From Welwitschia mirabilis (lineage: Eukaryota): a stretch of 62,422 nt of DNA. The notes under the pieces are model-generated. The model was given only the letters and a program-made list of their open reading frames with translations, made no database searches and had not been told where the DNA came from. The stretch spans positions 1,979,113-2,041,534 of the forward strand of contig JBOZIK010000001.1 of assembly GCA_051453625.1 (NCBI GenBank), in the 5' to 3' direction. Shown here piece after piece: positions 12,943 to 26,920 of the stretch (position 1 is the stretch's first letter; each line of letters starts with the position of its first letter). A program made the translations under genes and the position numbers.

Positions 12943-15900
12943 TCTTAATCATTTAAAAGGCTTTCCATCTTATCACATATTCTACTTCATTATCATTAGA
13001 AGGTAATTTCATGGAACTAAAAACATTTAGTTCTATCATCATGTTACCAAAGAATATTTTTATTAAATCATTTTGATAATTAATTGAGGTATTTAAGATT
13101 ACTTAGAAAGGTCTTTCTAAGATAATAGGTGCTAAGTGGTATGGTCTATTTTCCATGTCCAAAACTACAAAATCCATAGAGAAGTAATAGCTATCTATCC
13201 TCATAATGATATCCTTAATAACTCCTAAAGTGAGAGTTAGATTTTTGTAATTTTAAATTTGTAATTTTAAACCCTTTCAAGCCTAACCCGTTGTAGGTTC
13301 CATAAAGAAGAAAGTTTACACTAGCTCCTAAGTCTAATAAGGCTTGGTTAAATTTCTTATTTCCTATGGTAATGGTAATTATAGGGTATCTAGAGTCTTT
13401 GTATTTGGTTGGAAATTGGTTTTGAATAAATACACTTGTTTGCTATACTAAAAAGGTTTTATTTTTTATGTTCATGCATCTTTTCACTGTACACGTCTTT
13501 GAGGAACTTTTCATAGGAAGGGACTTAATTAATGGATTATAAGAGGAGGATATTTATTTTGACTTCTTTAAAGATTTCTAAGACCTCTAATTATTTTTTC
13601 ATGATATTTTTCTTCCTAAGCTACTACAGAAAAGTTAAAGGCTCTTCATAAATGAGCAAGGATTCCTTTATTATTTCATTCTTTTTCTTGTTTCGTATGG
13701 AAGTTAGTTTTTCCTTGGTCATTTTTTGCATGGGTGAATTATCTAGTTATCTTTTACTTCTAAGTTAAATAAACATAGTCTCTTCTATGTGTGTGGGCTC
13801 TACTTCTTCTGTGAACCTAAACCCTTTTGGATTTAGCTTTGAAATCANNNNNNNNNNNNNNNNNNNNNNNNNNNNNNNNNNNNNNNNNNNNNNNNNNNNN
13901 NNNNNNNNNNNNNNNNNNNNNNNNNNNNNNNNNNNNNNNNNNNNNNNAAGGGGTGGACGAAAATAGTTTTTAATAGTTTGATAAAAAGGGATGAAAGAAT
14001 GATGAGGAAAATGAATTTATGGGTTAAATGTTTTGATTATATGAATTGTCTTATTCTTAAGAAAAGTTAGAGTGATTCCTTCAAGCCAAGTTATAGGTGT
14101 TGTAATAGACGACATTCTTCTAGTTTTTCCACTGATGTCCTACCATATTAACTTGTTCATTTATAGTATACTAAAATAATGGAATGGATGGATGCTCGGG
14201 TATTTCATGGGTATCTATATGGCACTAGGCATTAATGTTTAGGAGGTAAGGGTAAAGGTGGAGTGGACAACGATTCTACTCTTCTTGCTAACTTACTTAT
14301 TATTAAAATTCAAGTTATTAGGTACTTTAAATATACTAGTGGACCTAGCAGGGTAAGAGAATCTAAATGGTTCACTAGGATTCTCCCAATTTTTGGAGAT
14401 CTTAGCTATGGTTTCAAGTAAGTCCCAAACTTCGTCTAATGATATACTAAGAAAACTACTCCTACTCTTCATCTCAACTAGTTGTCTATTATTAGCGTAC
14501 AACCTATTGTAAAAGATATTGTTTTCCCTTCCTAGCTCAAATCCATGCTATGGACATTTTTGTAATAGTCCTTAAATCTTCTAAGGCTCCAAAAAAGGTC
14601 TCATGATCCTTTTGCTAATAATTCATTATCTCTCTTGTTAAGTCATTCATCTTATGGTTTGGAAAGAATTTGAATATAAAAGATTTGTTTAAATTAGACT
14701 AGAATATAATGAATAAGGACTTAAGGATGTAGAGCTATGATTTCGTCTTCTCTTTTAGGAATAATGAAAAAAGGATAAGCCTAACGGTTTCATGTATATT
14801 TGAATATTAAGGTACAGTTGATAATACACATATGAATTCCTTAAGGTATAGGTATGAGTCCTCAGATTCTAAACCATAGAAGTGAGGTAAAAGCTAGATG
14901 GTAGATGGTTTGAATTTTAGTCATTGATTTATAAGTGATTATCCTATGCAAAAAGAAGTTCCTAAGCATTAACGTTGAAGGTAATTTTGAAGATCTACTT
15001 ATTATTGGCTACATTGTTTTGAGCTTTGGCTATCTCTTAGCTAAGGTAGAAGACATTTAATTGATCGATTAGTTCTTAGCTCAACTATAGTACATTTAAC
15101 AAAAATTAAACATTATATTGAGCATTTTAGTTTTGTTGTTAGGACAAAAAGGCTTATTCTCTTTGAGTGTTATCATGGGGTTGATTTTTTCATGGGATTT
15201 TCTATTCTCCTTTAAAAATGGGATCCATATTGAATGGATTTATGATCAATTTACTTGACTCATCTCGGATCTAAAGCATGCAAGATTAAAAACGGATTTT
15301 AGACTAATTCCAAGAAGGTTTTAAATGGAGCCCAAATAATAGAATAGGTCATGAGTTTTAATAGAGGTATCAAGAATAGAGTTCTTTGTGTAGAATAGTT
15401 GATGGTGCCAGTTAGGGAAGGCAATGCCTTACGAGTTTCAAAGTTAGAAAGTTTACAATAATTCATAAAAATCTCATAGATCAATCAATGTAATAGGGTC
15501 ATTAAAAAAATGTAACAAAAAAATGTAACATACTCAAAACCAATTTCAATGAAAATTAAATTATAAAATTCTTAGTATTTTAGCATTTATGACAGCAAAT
15601 TCACTAAATAGAAAAAACTCGAATTAAGAAAATGCAAGAAATAAAGGCACATAAAATGAATGATTTTAATTTTAGTTTTTTCCCCTTTACTTAGAACTTG
15701 TAAAAACTTACTAGACCTACAACGCAAATCAAGTTAGAGCAGAAAACTAAAGAAAACTCAAAACTAAACTAGTTTGGGTATCACTAGAAATAACCAATAC
15801 CAACCACTGGAAAGAAAGAGAAAACAACCAAAAAAAAAAAAAGAAGGATCAGTTTGAGTATTTCTAGAGTGGACTAGTATCCACCACTTAAAAAAAAAAG

Positions 15901-18397
15901 TACCTAAATTAAAAAGATTGCAAGAAAGTAAAATTTATGCTCTTTGTAAGTAGCTATTATGCCATTAACCCTGATTACAGTACCAAAATCTTATTCATTT
16001 AATATAATGAACTAGATTTAAACTGAGTTAATACTCAGTATCATTCTCTTCATAGGGATAGTTAGGGTAGGTTCATGNNNNNNNNNNTGGAAATTATACA
16101 ACTCTTTCTTAACTTGCAAGTTACAATTAAAGAAAATAAAAATAAAGAGAGTTGAGAATGTTGTTTGGAAACTTAATTAGAAAGATAGGGAAGCAAGCAA
16201 ACTCCAAGTTTTTACCTGACTTATCTACCATTAATTCTTCACTTTAATGATATCCTGCACTTTTCCTAAAACACACTTCAAACTATTAAGTAATGATGGC
16301 TTAGATCATGGTGACATAATTTCATTCGCCATATAAAGATTGGTGAACTCAATAGCCACTTGATCTTTCACAGCTTAAGTTAAGAATTGATAGTAAGGGC
16401 CAAAGGTACTCAAAATTCATTAAATTAAAGAAGACTTAAACAAAGTAATTATAAAATCCACTTAAATGATAATAGAACATAATATTAAAGTTGCTACTTA
16501 AGCATTAAAATATAGATTAATTTATAATTTATAATCAAAAGAAGAAAACTATTATATATTAAATCAATAGAGGCACATTATATCAAAGGAAGAATGAAGT
16601 TGGAAAGGGCTCCTTAAGCTATCCTTAAATCAAGTTAACTCCCAAAAAAAAGCACTTAGAAGGTTATGTCATCTTGATACTTCAAATATTCTATTCTTTT
16701 GCTAAAATAAAGGATGTCACAAAGAAGGCTTCTTTGTGACATCCTTTATTTTAGCAAAAGAATAGAATATTTGAAGTATCAAATAAGGCCTCAAGGCCTT
16801 TTTATAGGCAAGCGTAGGNNNNNNNNNNNNNNNNNNNNNNNNNNNNNNNNNNNNNNNNNNNNNNNNNNNNNNNNNNNNNNNNNNNNNNNNNNNNNNNNNN
16901 NNNNNNNNNNNNNNNNNNCAACCACTGGAAAGAAAGAGAAAACAACCAAAAAAAAAAGAACCTAAATTAAAAAGATTACAAAAAATTAAAATTTATGCTC
17001 TTTCTGAGTAGCTATTGTACCATTAACCCAATTACAGCATCAAAATCTTATTCATTTAATATAATGAACTACATTTAAATGGAGTTAATACTCTGTATCA
17101 TTCTCTTCATAGGGATAGTCAGGGTAGGTTTATGAAAATTATACAACTCTTTCTTAACTTGCAAGTTACAATTAAAGAAAAGAAAAATAAAGAGAGTTGA
17201 GAATGTTATTTGGAAACTTCATTAGAAAGGTAGGGAAGCAAGCAAACTCCAAGTTTTTACCTGACTTATCTACCAGCAATTCTTCACTTCAATGATATCC
17301 TGCACTTTTCTTAAAACAAACTTCAAACTATTAAGTAATAATGGATTGGATCATGGTGACATAATTTCATTCGCCATATAAAGATTTGGTGAACTCAATA
17401 GCCACTTGATCTTTCACAACTTAAAGTAAGAATGGATAGTAAGGGCCAAAGATACTCAAAATTCATTAAATTAAATAAGACTTAAACAAAGTGATTATAA
17501 AATCCACTCAAATCATAATAGAACTTAATATTAAAGTTGCTACTTAAGCATTAAAATATAAAGTAATTTATAACTTATAATCAAAAGAAAACAATTATTG
17601 TATATTAAATCAACAAAGGCACATTATATCAAAGGAAGAATGAAGTTGGAAAGGACTTCTTAAGATATCCTTAAAGCAAGTTCACTCCCCAAAGAAAGCA
17701 CTTAGGAGGTCATGTCGGCTTGATACTCCAAAGGTTCTACTCTTTTGCTAAAACAAAGGATGTTACAAATAAGGCCTTAAGGCCTTTTTATAGACAAGCA
17801 TAGGGTAAGAAGTGGTTACAAGTCTCTGGCTTGTAGTATTAGGTGAGTGGTTACAACATATGGCATGTAGCATTTTGTCATCTTACATTAGATAGGAATC
17901 ATCATAATGAGCCAAACACTTGGCTTGTGGATGTTGATATTTCTGTCAATTAATGATGTTATCATGTGTTTCTATCACCATCCTACTCAGCATTACCACA
18001 TGTCAATATCGTGTGTCATCATCATCACCACCACACCTCATAAGAGATGTTAGTTATTGCTTATGTGAGATCTGATTAAGCCCATAACTGCATTCAGATA
18101 AATTTTGCATGAGAAGTGAGGAACATGAATTTTTAAGTGTTTTGCTTAGAAGGATAGGTGGTATTGGTGACCTAGACGGTAGCACTAGCATTTAAGACTA
18201 AATGATGTTCGACTTTTGCAATGTTCTTCTAAATGAGATAGTTATCCTAAAAATGTCATGGAAAGATAATAAGTCTGTGATTATTATAGAAAAGTAATAG
18301 AAGATATTTTTTATGATAAATCAGTTATATTAATATCTTTTATTAAGATAAATTGATTAAATACCTTGATTAGAATGTCAAATTTTACATGTTAATA
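12943..18397 (-). mobile_element. Athila-like Ty3/Gypsy remnant (5' LTR, PBS, gag, protease), cut at 12943 by the Sirevirus LTR
   Basis: Protease ALLDLGASVNFLL (~13305-13345); gag KPSTI*LLPHFYGLESEDSYLYLKEF (~14835-14915); degenerate tRNA-Asp PBS (TGGTACTGTAATCAGGG, 15969-15985); LTR-like segment ~15990-18397 homologous to 46345-47647. Confidence 0.75.
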
Positions 18398-18559
18398 ACC
18401 ATCAGCTCCAATCAAATTCAAATCTTTAATTCTTCTATACATTTTGCTCATTAGGTTTCATGTTGATGTTGCCATTACACAATGGCATTCAAGGTCAACA
18501 ACAACACAGCTCACCATTTGGCTGATAGAAGTATATAAAAATGTCGTTTAGCTATGTAT

Positions 18560-19100
18560 CTTAGAGTATGTTGCTTGTATAAGATGTATTTGTCCCTTTG
18601 TCATTACCTTCTAACATCTTCTCCATCTGATAGGGTTTGTCTAATGATGTAGCATTTTTTTGAGGGATCTTTAAGGTTGGTAACTACTTATAATCCTTAC
18701 ATCTTTCAGCATCATTTCATCCTTGTAGCAAAATGATAATCAAACTTAAGGTTGCTTGCTTCCTTAGCTTGATCTAGTATTTCTACATTTTTTGTGGTGA
18801 TAAAATATTTTATGTCTACAACCTCAACTCTTTGATCTCTTGAAAACTTCTGTACTCTTATAAATGCTATGTAGATGGGAGGAGTTTTCTTCATAACTAG
18901 ACAAGCTAGAGAAATTGGATTCTTGATAGTGGAAATTCTAAAACTTGCTTTGCATGTATTCCTAAAACCATCCATAATGCTTGCTTCCACTTCTACTATG
19001 CCTTTTGTTGTCAGTGCAGGTCCATGGCTAGAATTGAAAACTAGATTAGTTTCAAGTTCTCTTAGCACTACCTCGATCATGTAAATGGCTAGCAGTTGTT
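18560..19100 (-). pseudogene. Possible retroelement gag-like remnant
   Basis: ORF 18712-19080 continues, after a break, into ATSLDKPYQMEKMLE, resembling the PxSLxEAyxxA motif at gag C-termini. Weak similarity only. Confidence 0.3.
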
Positions 19101-21253
19101 TTGGATCCCTAATTAAGTTGAGGAATGTTGATGTAAATGTGGGTTGTAAGGTAGTTAGAGCTTATCTCACCAGTCCCTCGGAGCCTTCATCCACTCAACA
19201 TTCTTAAAGGCCTGTATGAATAGCTTTTAAAAGTTCCCTATAAAATAGTTTTAAAAGAAGCGTAAATAAGTATTAAGAGGCATGAACCAAAGTTTATAAG
19301 GGTCCTTCATACAAAGTGATTAAATAATAACGGGTTGTATTATAATCATTCTAAAATTCACAGAGAATAAAATGTAACGTTTGGTCACATGCACACCAAT
19401 ATCCATACAGTAATGATGATGTATAGTCTATTATTGTTAATGCCACTATTTGTTTTACATACTGACACCCTTTTGAAATGTAGAGACTTAAAGTCATTGC
19501 AAAAGACATAGATATTAGTTATAAAGAACTTTTAGCCTTAGTAACACCTTTATTTCAACAATGTGTAGTGGAGATAGCAATACATAGATCTTTAATGCTA
19601 GTTTTGATTGCCTTAAAGATGAGTCAAGCAAATAGAGTGGGACTTTGGGGTTTAAGAGGTATTAGGTTATTTCGATGCAAGGTGCATATGCCTAAGCATT
19701 TTACAAGCACTTTATGGTGCCAAAAGGAAGAGGATAAATCATGTGTAGAAATGTTGCAGATAAGGTTGTACTTACTTGAGATATGGCATTGGAGAAAAAC
19801 CTTAATAATCTAATAAGTGAAATAAAGGTTCAAAAGGTGGTATTCCACATCATAGTTGATGAAAGTGGTGATCATCTTACTTGCATCCCCAAGGTCCTTA
19901 AGCAATAAAATAAAACACAAAAAGGCAAATTAACAGCTAGCACAAGTAACACCGCTACTTTGCATGAGCACTATGGACGCAAAGAATCTGCCAGTAATAA
20001 GTGAAGGTAGCATGGATTACACAGCAAGTATAAGCTTATAACTTTATTTAAAAANNNNNNNNNNGCTGTTTAGCTCTTAGGATTTTAAAAGTTCCTATGA
20101 AAATGCTAAAACTGCAAATCCTTTACAAATTGCTCTCGACAAAGCTTATAGGCTTAAAAGGGCTAACTATTAAGCAAACTGGAGGGGAGGAAAACTACAT
20201 GAAAAAGAAAGAAACTAACAAAGAGAAACTTACATGCAAAAAGAATAAAACCCTATATACAAAGCCAATAATATAGAGAAAACAAAACTGTAAGCTTGAC
20301 AAGGAGCAAAACAAGGGTTTAATCTGTGAAACCTAGGAAAATCCAAGGAAAATACATCTTGCAAATACTACATGTAAATCACCTTATAAACCCAAGGAAG
20401 ATAAGAGTAAACCTTAGGAAACCAAAAGGAACAAAATGTAGGTACAACGTGAGGCATGCAATGGCATGCAAGGGGCAACTAGAAGCACCGAGTGTTTAAG
20501 TTATTTCCAAGAAGCTCAAGATCCTCCCTTGAACTCTGCTACCAAGTGCAACAACATAGGAGCAAAGTGAAAAACTAGAGCAAGATTCTGAAAAACCCTC
20601 TTTTTGACTTTTTCCATCTTTCTTTATAAATAATTAGGTTTTATAAGCAAGCACACTTACAATGGAATTTCATTAGGATTAACTTTTCACCCTAAGTGTA
20701 AAACCATGGTGCATCTTATTATGCCCTCGCAGACTTGTTTGGTATATTATGAGGCCTTAGGATACCGGTCCTCTGGATAAGAGGTTGTAGGTTTGAGGCT
20801 TTGAATTATTTGATTGGTATACTATAAGGCTTTGGTATAATTAAATCATTTATTTACACAATTGTGGTGGTTGTGTTCTTGAGAGGAGGTATAACTACTA
20901 AAAGTTTGCAGTCCAATACGGGTTCAAACCTTTGAATGACATGATTGGTATACTATGAGGTGTTAATCCTAATTAAATCATTTATCTTTGTGATTATAAT
21001 AGTTGTAAGTTGAGAGAGATATAGTTAACTAAAAAGTTTTGAGTTTGATATCTTNNNNNNNNNNNNNNNNNNNNNNNNNNNNNNNNNNNNNNNNNNNNNN
21101 NNNNNNNNNNNNNNNNNNNNNNNNNNNNNNNNNNNNNNNNNNNNNNNNNNNNNNTAAGTTGAGAGAGGTATAGCTAACTAAAAAGTTTTGAGTTTGATAT
21201 CCCTTAAAAAAATTCAACATAAATCCAACATGAAAAACTTGTGTTAGCCCTAA

Positions 21254-22380
21254 TCATTGCCTCCGAATTTTTGAGACGCTCAATCTTAACCGACACGGTG
21301 GTGCTCTAGCCATTTTGCCTGAGGCTGTTGATGCTTGAGCCATGTCTGTGGCGACATCGGATGCCGTGCCAACAATGTTGGAGGAGGCGCTGTGAAGGCT
21401 CGTGATGAAACCAGCAGAGGACGGGATTAGCGTCAGATATGGCTTGACCGACGGCAGCGATGATGCCCGTGGCAACATTCCATCAGGGTTGTCATCCAGT
21501 GCGTACTCCACTTGTTGCTCTGCGAAGTTCGATATTTTTGTGAGAGCCATTAGGACGTTTCCGAAGGTGCCGGCACATACTCATGTTTCCACCGCGTTAC
21601 TGCGGATGCCTAGGAGGGATGTTGCCGCCATCTCTTAGCCTACGTTTGAAGAGTCCTGGACCCAGATCAATCCGCCAGCCGGTGTGGTCATGGGTTTGGT
21701 GGGACTGCTAGAAACGTAGGCACGTATGAAGCTATGTGCGGCTCCTTTAAAGAAATCAAACTCGTCGTTCTTACCTATGCTTTAGAGAAGGGCGGAGGCC
21801 CGCCCGGCCCATTTGTTGTCCTAACTGAACTCGTTGCTGTACTTGACATTGACTACGAGGTTTGGGACATATCCGGCTTATTTCCTCAGGTTCGTTGCCC
21901 CGTAAAGCCCTGCGGCTGCCCAAAGAAGCTTGTCCTATCTGTTGAAAAAGCAGTGAGAGGGACAACTGGCGTTAAATACGCCTCTGTGAGGAGTCACAAA
22001 GACTGCGCTTAGGAGGCCATTCGAGACGAGCACGGCGGACCCGACCAACAAATAAAGACAGCCGCAACAGCAAGGGCAGTAGCAGTTTCAGCAGCAGCCT
22101 CGGATCTGGGCGACTCCACATTGATCTTAAACGCAGGCCGTGACTGCGCCAAATCCCGGGGCCACTGCCAACATGTATAACCTTGATTTCCATCGTCAAC
22201 GCTGACCCACAAAAGATTATCAGTAGGGGAAGCCTTCAACAAGAGAGCGGTGCCCTAACGCAGTGCAGTCTCTGCATCGCAGAGCTCACCGGCGCTATAC
22301 ATCTGCGGCAAATATTCGACGAGTTTCACGTCAGCAACGTTATCAGAGTGCCATCGGAAACTTGCAATGTTCTCTCGAAG
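21254..22380 (-). pseudogene. Glycoside hydrolase family 9 (endo-1,4-beta-glucanase, GH9B-like) pseudogene, intronless
   Basis: Collinear GH9 motifs with stops and frameshifts: PMAL..TLL, ALR*GTALLLKA, LWVSVDDG..TCWQWP, PRSEAAAETATALA, DKLLWAAAGLYGAT, EFS*DNKWAG, GGLIWVQ, FAEQQVEYALDDNP, RASSLPS. Confidence 0.88.
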
Positions 22381-22639
22381 TTGCTCTTAATAAATAAACA
22401 TCTGCAATACCGCGTTGATATACTTGCTTGAAGAATGGCTTCTAATTCACCATTTGAAATTATGTAATAATCCTTGAAAAACTAAACTTCCTTACCTTTT
22501 CTACAAAATTGATTAACAATCCTACAAGTCTAGTACATAAAAACCTTCTGAAATAATGTACTTTTGGTTCTTCTCAAATAATGTACCTTTGGTTGGTGAT
22601 GGAGAAGATTGAGCTGATTCTTATGATTTTGACCTTCTT

Positions 22640-25260
22640 GCTATGGTTTGTGATGATGTTGTCATCAAATTTTCACAGTTGGGAAGACACTAATTTGTTT
22701 CCCATTATGTAATTATCGCATCCACTTTCAAGATACCATATATCATTACAATCAACCTTCAAAAATCTCAAGGAAAAGAGATATTATTCGTCCTTGCACT
22801 ATCCAATCTCAGTTAAAATTAAAGGAGCTTCCATGTAATTTGAAATATGTCTTTATTGATGAAGCTTGTAGGAATCCTTAATCATTTCATTAATTTAGAA
22901 GAAGCCAAGATGATGATACTTCAATGAAGAAAGTTGAAGGGTTTGGCTAAACTCACAAAGATTTATGAGGGATTCCCGCTTATACTGTTTAACAAAAAAT
23001 TCATTTGGAGGATAATACCAAACCCATTAGGCAATGTCAAAAAAGACTAAACTCGACTCTAAGATAACTAATTAAAGAGGAAACCATTGAACTTCTTGTT
23101 GTAGATATCATATATCCCATTGTAGATAGTGAACTGATTAATGATTTGAGAATAGTACCTAAGAAGATAAGGGAAATTGAGAGCATTGATTTTAGAAACT
23201 TGATGAACATATAAAACAATGTCATTGCCTTTTTACATTTTCTTTATCGAATATTGGATCATTTGCAGGACCATGCATTATTGCTTCCTTTATGATTATA
23301 GTGGATACAATTAGATCTCTATAGTTGATGAGGACCAATCAAGAACTACCTTTACCTTGCCTTTTAGCTCCTATGCCTTTACATGAATGCGTTCTGGATC
23401 TTGCAACATTAAAGGTACCCTTTAGAGAGCAACATTGGGCACATTTTCAAACATGTTTGAAGTATGCATAAAGGTCTTCATGAATGACTTCTCCTTGGAC
23501 AAAGACTCTTTTAATTAAATGTTAAAAAGTTTGGAATAAGAGTTGAATACATGTACTACAAGAGGATTGAAACTTAGTTAAGAATTAGTTTACAACGGAA
23601 TTATTCTAGGTCGTATTGTGTATAAGAAAGAAATTGGAGTAGATCCCTCTAAAGTGCAAGTCATTAGGAAATGTTGCCTCTTATCAATTGAAAATAGGTA
23701 TGATCTTTCATGGATCATGTTGAATTTTATGAAAGGTTGATTGATGATTTTCTAAAAATCTATAAACTCTACATTATTTATTATCAAAGGACATAAAATT
23801 TAAGTGGATGAGCTATTTTTAAGAAGCATTTCAAATTTTAAAGGAAAAGATAACAAGTGCATCCATTCTGATTAGGTTTAGTTAGTAAAAAAAAATTTAA
23901 GTCCATTTATGATTTTAGAATCATGTAGGTGCTATATTTTTGGGATAGAAAATGCTAACAATTTTCATGTAAGCACAGCTTAATTACATTCTAATAGAAA
24001 AGGAATTAGTAGCAATTATGTATTTCTTAATAAATTTCACCATTGTTTATTGGTATCTCGCACTAATGTTCATGTTGATTACTTATCCGTTTATCATATC
24101 ATGACTTAAGCCACCACGAGGGCCTATTTAACTAGATGGATTCTACTTATTCAAGAATTTAACATTATAATAACTGATAAGAGAAGTACAAAAAATTTTA
24201 TTACAAATCATTTATCAAGAATATCTTTTTCATAATATTTTATAAGATATTCCACCATTAAGGATGAATGTCCATATGAATATTTGTTCCTTGTTAAACA
24301 TTTTCAAGATCAATATTCTAAACATCCTAATCCTTAATATGTAGATATTATCAATTAGTTGATAACCTTAGAGAATTCTTTACTTAAAAAACTTTATAGA
24401 ATAAGGTAGTCCTTCATTGGATTGGTGAGTATAAGTGCATTTTTACTATTTTATGTTGGAAGTATAAGGATCAAAGTATGAGGAGATATGTACTAGAATG
24501 AAAACAACAAAACGTCATCAAGTCTGTCATGAAGACATACATGGAGCACAAATGTTTTGGTTACTTTTGATTATCTAATTGAATGAGTGAAGGCTATAAC
24601 TTAATGATTTGTCATCTTATCAAAACCTTTATTTTATCTTGTTTTTGCTTCTCCAAATCCTTATTAATGACTAAGAAACACATTTTATTAATAAGATTCT
24701 TAGGAAACTTATTTTATAGATAGGTATAGACAATCAAGTTACTGATCCTTATCCACAAAACAATAGTTAGCTATAAAATGCTAATCAAGAAATTAGAAAA
24801 AAAATACTTCAAAAGACCATTATTCATCCTTAGTCTTTGAAATTTGATGATGTTGTGTGAGCTTATAGGACTATGTGGTGCTACTCTTAGTTTTTGTTCA
24901 TATGAGTTAGTTTATAACAAATTATGTATCCTTCCGATAGATATTTTCTTTAATTCTTTTAAGACTTATCATACTTTAAATTTCTCAAATCGAGTCTAAT
25001 CTTTATAAATGTCTTCTCCAAATTTAATATTTTGATAAAAGGAGATTACAAGCCATGAAATGACAATTCATAACTAAGGCACAAGCAAAATCCTATTATG
25101 ATAAGCGTATTGAACTTAAGCAGTTTGAGCCTGGTCTTCTAGTGTTATTATTCACATAAAAGCCAATGTTATTCATAGTGAACTAATTTCTAGGTAATAA
25201 GGATGACACTTTATTATTGAAAATTTATTCAAATGGGTCTGAAACACGTATTTGTTGAAA
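22640..25260 (+). mobile_element. Heavily degenerate Ty3/Gypsy (Athila-like) pol: RT, RNase H, integrase
   Basis: LKLKELPCNLKYVF (~22812), KPIRQCQKRLN, IIYPIVDSE, IVPKK, YCFLYDYSGYN, VFMNDFS, EKELVAI, RWILLIQEF, and integrase-like LDDVV*AYRT. Confidence 0.85.
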
Positions 25261-26399
25261 GATACATTGTATGGGTTGGGGGCATATGTAGTTTCAAGTG
25301 TACACCTCCCTCTCATTTGTTGCCTACCAAATATGTAGGTTATGCCTATCTATCTTTTTCCTACACCTCCACAAGTTCTACATTCAGTGCAGAACATAAT
25401 GTGAATTCAAGACTCAACTACTTCACCTAACAACACAACATAACTTATAAGGAAAACCTTCATGTTAATAGTCAACTACTAGAATCCCATTTTAGAGGTG
25501 ATTCAATAAGAAAAGAAGCCCTTTACTATTAGCTAAATTTCCTATGTAGGAGTAGTGGGAGTGGGGGGATAATTTTTCAAATATCATTAGAAATTATCAG
25601 CTTTCATCTTTACTATTTATCTATAATTGATATTTTATCAAGAACAGTCTTCTCCTATGCGATACACTTAATAATCAAGATCAATAATAATCCTATGTGG
25701 TATCCACACCTTGAAGACTACTAATCANNNNNNNNNNTAAACTTTGGAAATAAAAAGAAAAGTTTCATTTCACAAAGCAACAACTTGAAAGGTAACTTTT
25801 TAAAGATATGCTAAGGCTATTTACTGCCTTTGTAACAGTAAAATGTGTGTTTAAAATAGCACTTATCTCTTGGAAATGACATTCTAATGTGAATAATTTA
25901 TTTAGAAGAGTTTTCATATATTTTTTATTACTTCTACTCTCACTTCTGTTCACAAATTCAATTATAAGAAGTCTTAGATATTGAAATTTTTGTTTTAATT
26001 TATAATAAAATCCTCTTCGACCTTACTAAAATATTGAGAAAATACTTTAACCCCTTCATTTGAATAGTTCATGATCTAGATTATGTACTAGAAGGATACT
26101 CTGAACAAGAAGGGAAACTACATTAAGCCCTTAAGAAGGAGGAAATTTACCATGTAGCTATTAGAAAAGATCAATTTTTGAAAAGTAAAAAAGTATTAAA
26201 AAAACCTTTAAAGATATTTTAAAACAAATTGATGCTCACTAGTGAGATGAAATAAATATTATTTCTTAGAATTGGATATTTGCAATTCAAATGAAGTTTT
26301 ATAACTAAATAATTAAAGAGTTTTCCTAAATGTGGAAAGAAGTTTAAAAAATGATAAAGTCTTTCTAATCTTTATTGTCTCAAGGGTATAGCTTAAAAT

Positions 26400-26920
26400 T
26401 AGAGTACATACTTTAACTTAGAAAATGGGTTTCTAGTGAAAATTCTATTTCACTTATAAGGATTTCCATGGAAAAAATGTAAACAATGAAGACTTTGTTT
26501 CTTGAATATGACATAGTGCTTAACTATGAAAGAGTGAAGATAAATATTCTTTTAAAAGAAAAACAAGTTGTGGCCAAAGAAATACTTATTCCTTCTTCCC
26601 ATGATAGTCATATAATGATTCTTGCTGCTATGATATTAGTATCTATAAAAATAAAAATCAAATTACAATTTGCTAGATTTCATACAAATAAGGATTGCGG
26701 AATTTACCAAGGAAGGAACACCTTCTTATCAACCCTGTCCTTGTTTGATTAATAAATTGATTTGTATGTTTGTGTCATTACCTAAAGATGTTGGTTTTAT
26801 TAAATCTTTAGTTGTCACTATTAAGAATATATTTAGCATGGGCATAGAAAAGGGCAAAAAGTTTAGTCCTAAAATGCCCCTTGCCTCTACTTCTACTTGT
26901 GTTCCAATTGCTACTTGATA
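26400..26920 (+). pseudogene. Athila-type extra 3' ORF relic
   Basis: ILIPSSHDSHIMILAAMILVSI then (frameshift) PCPCLINKLIC, resembling the LPxxHxSxV...FPSLITxLC motif of Athila extra ORFs. Downstream of, and co-oriented with, the pol above. Confidence 0.45.

Noticed and set aside
21254-22431. Horizontal transfer of a bacterial cellulase, or intact small genes in the GC-rich island
   Set aside because: Motifs match plant GH9 architecture, and the short ORFs are broken pieces or antisense shadows of one pseudogene.
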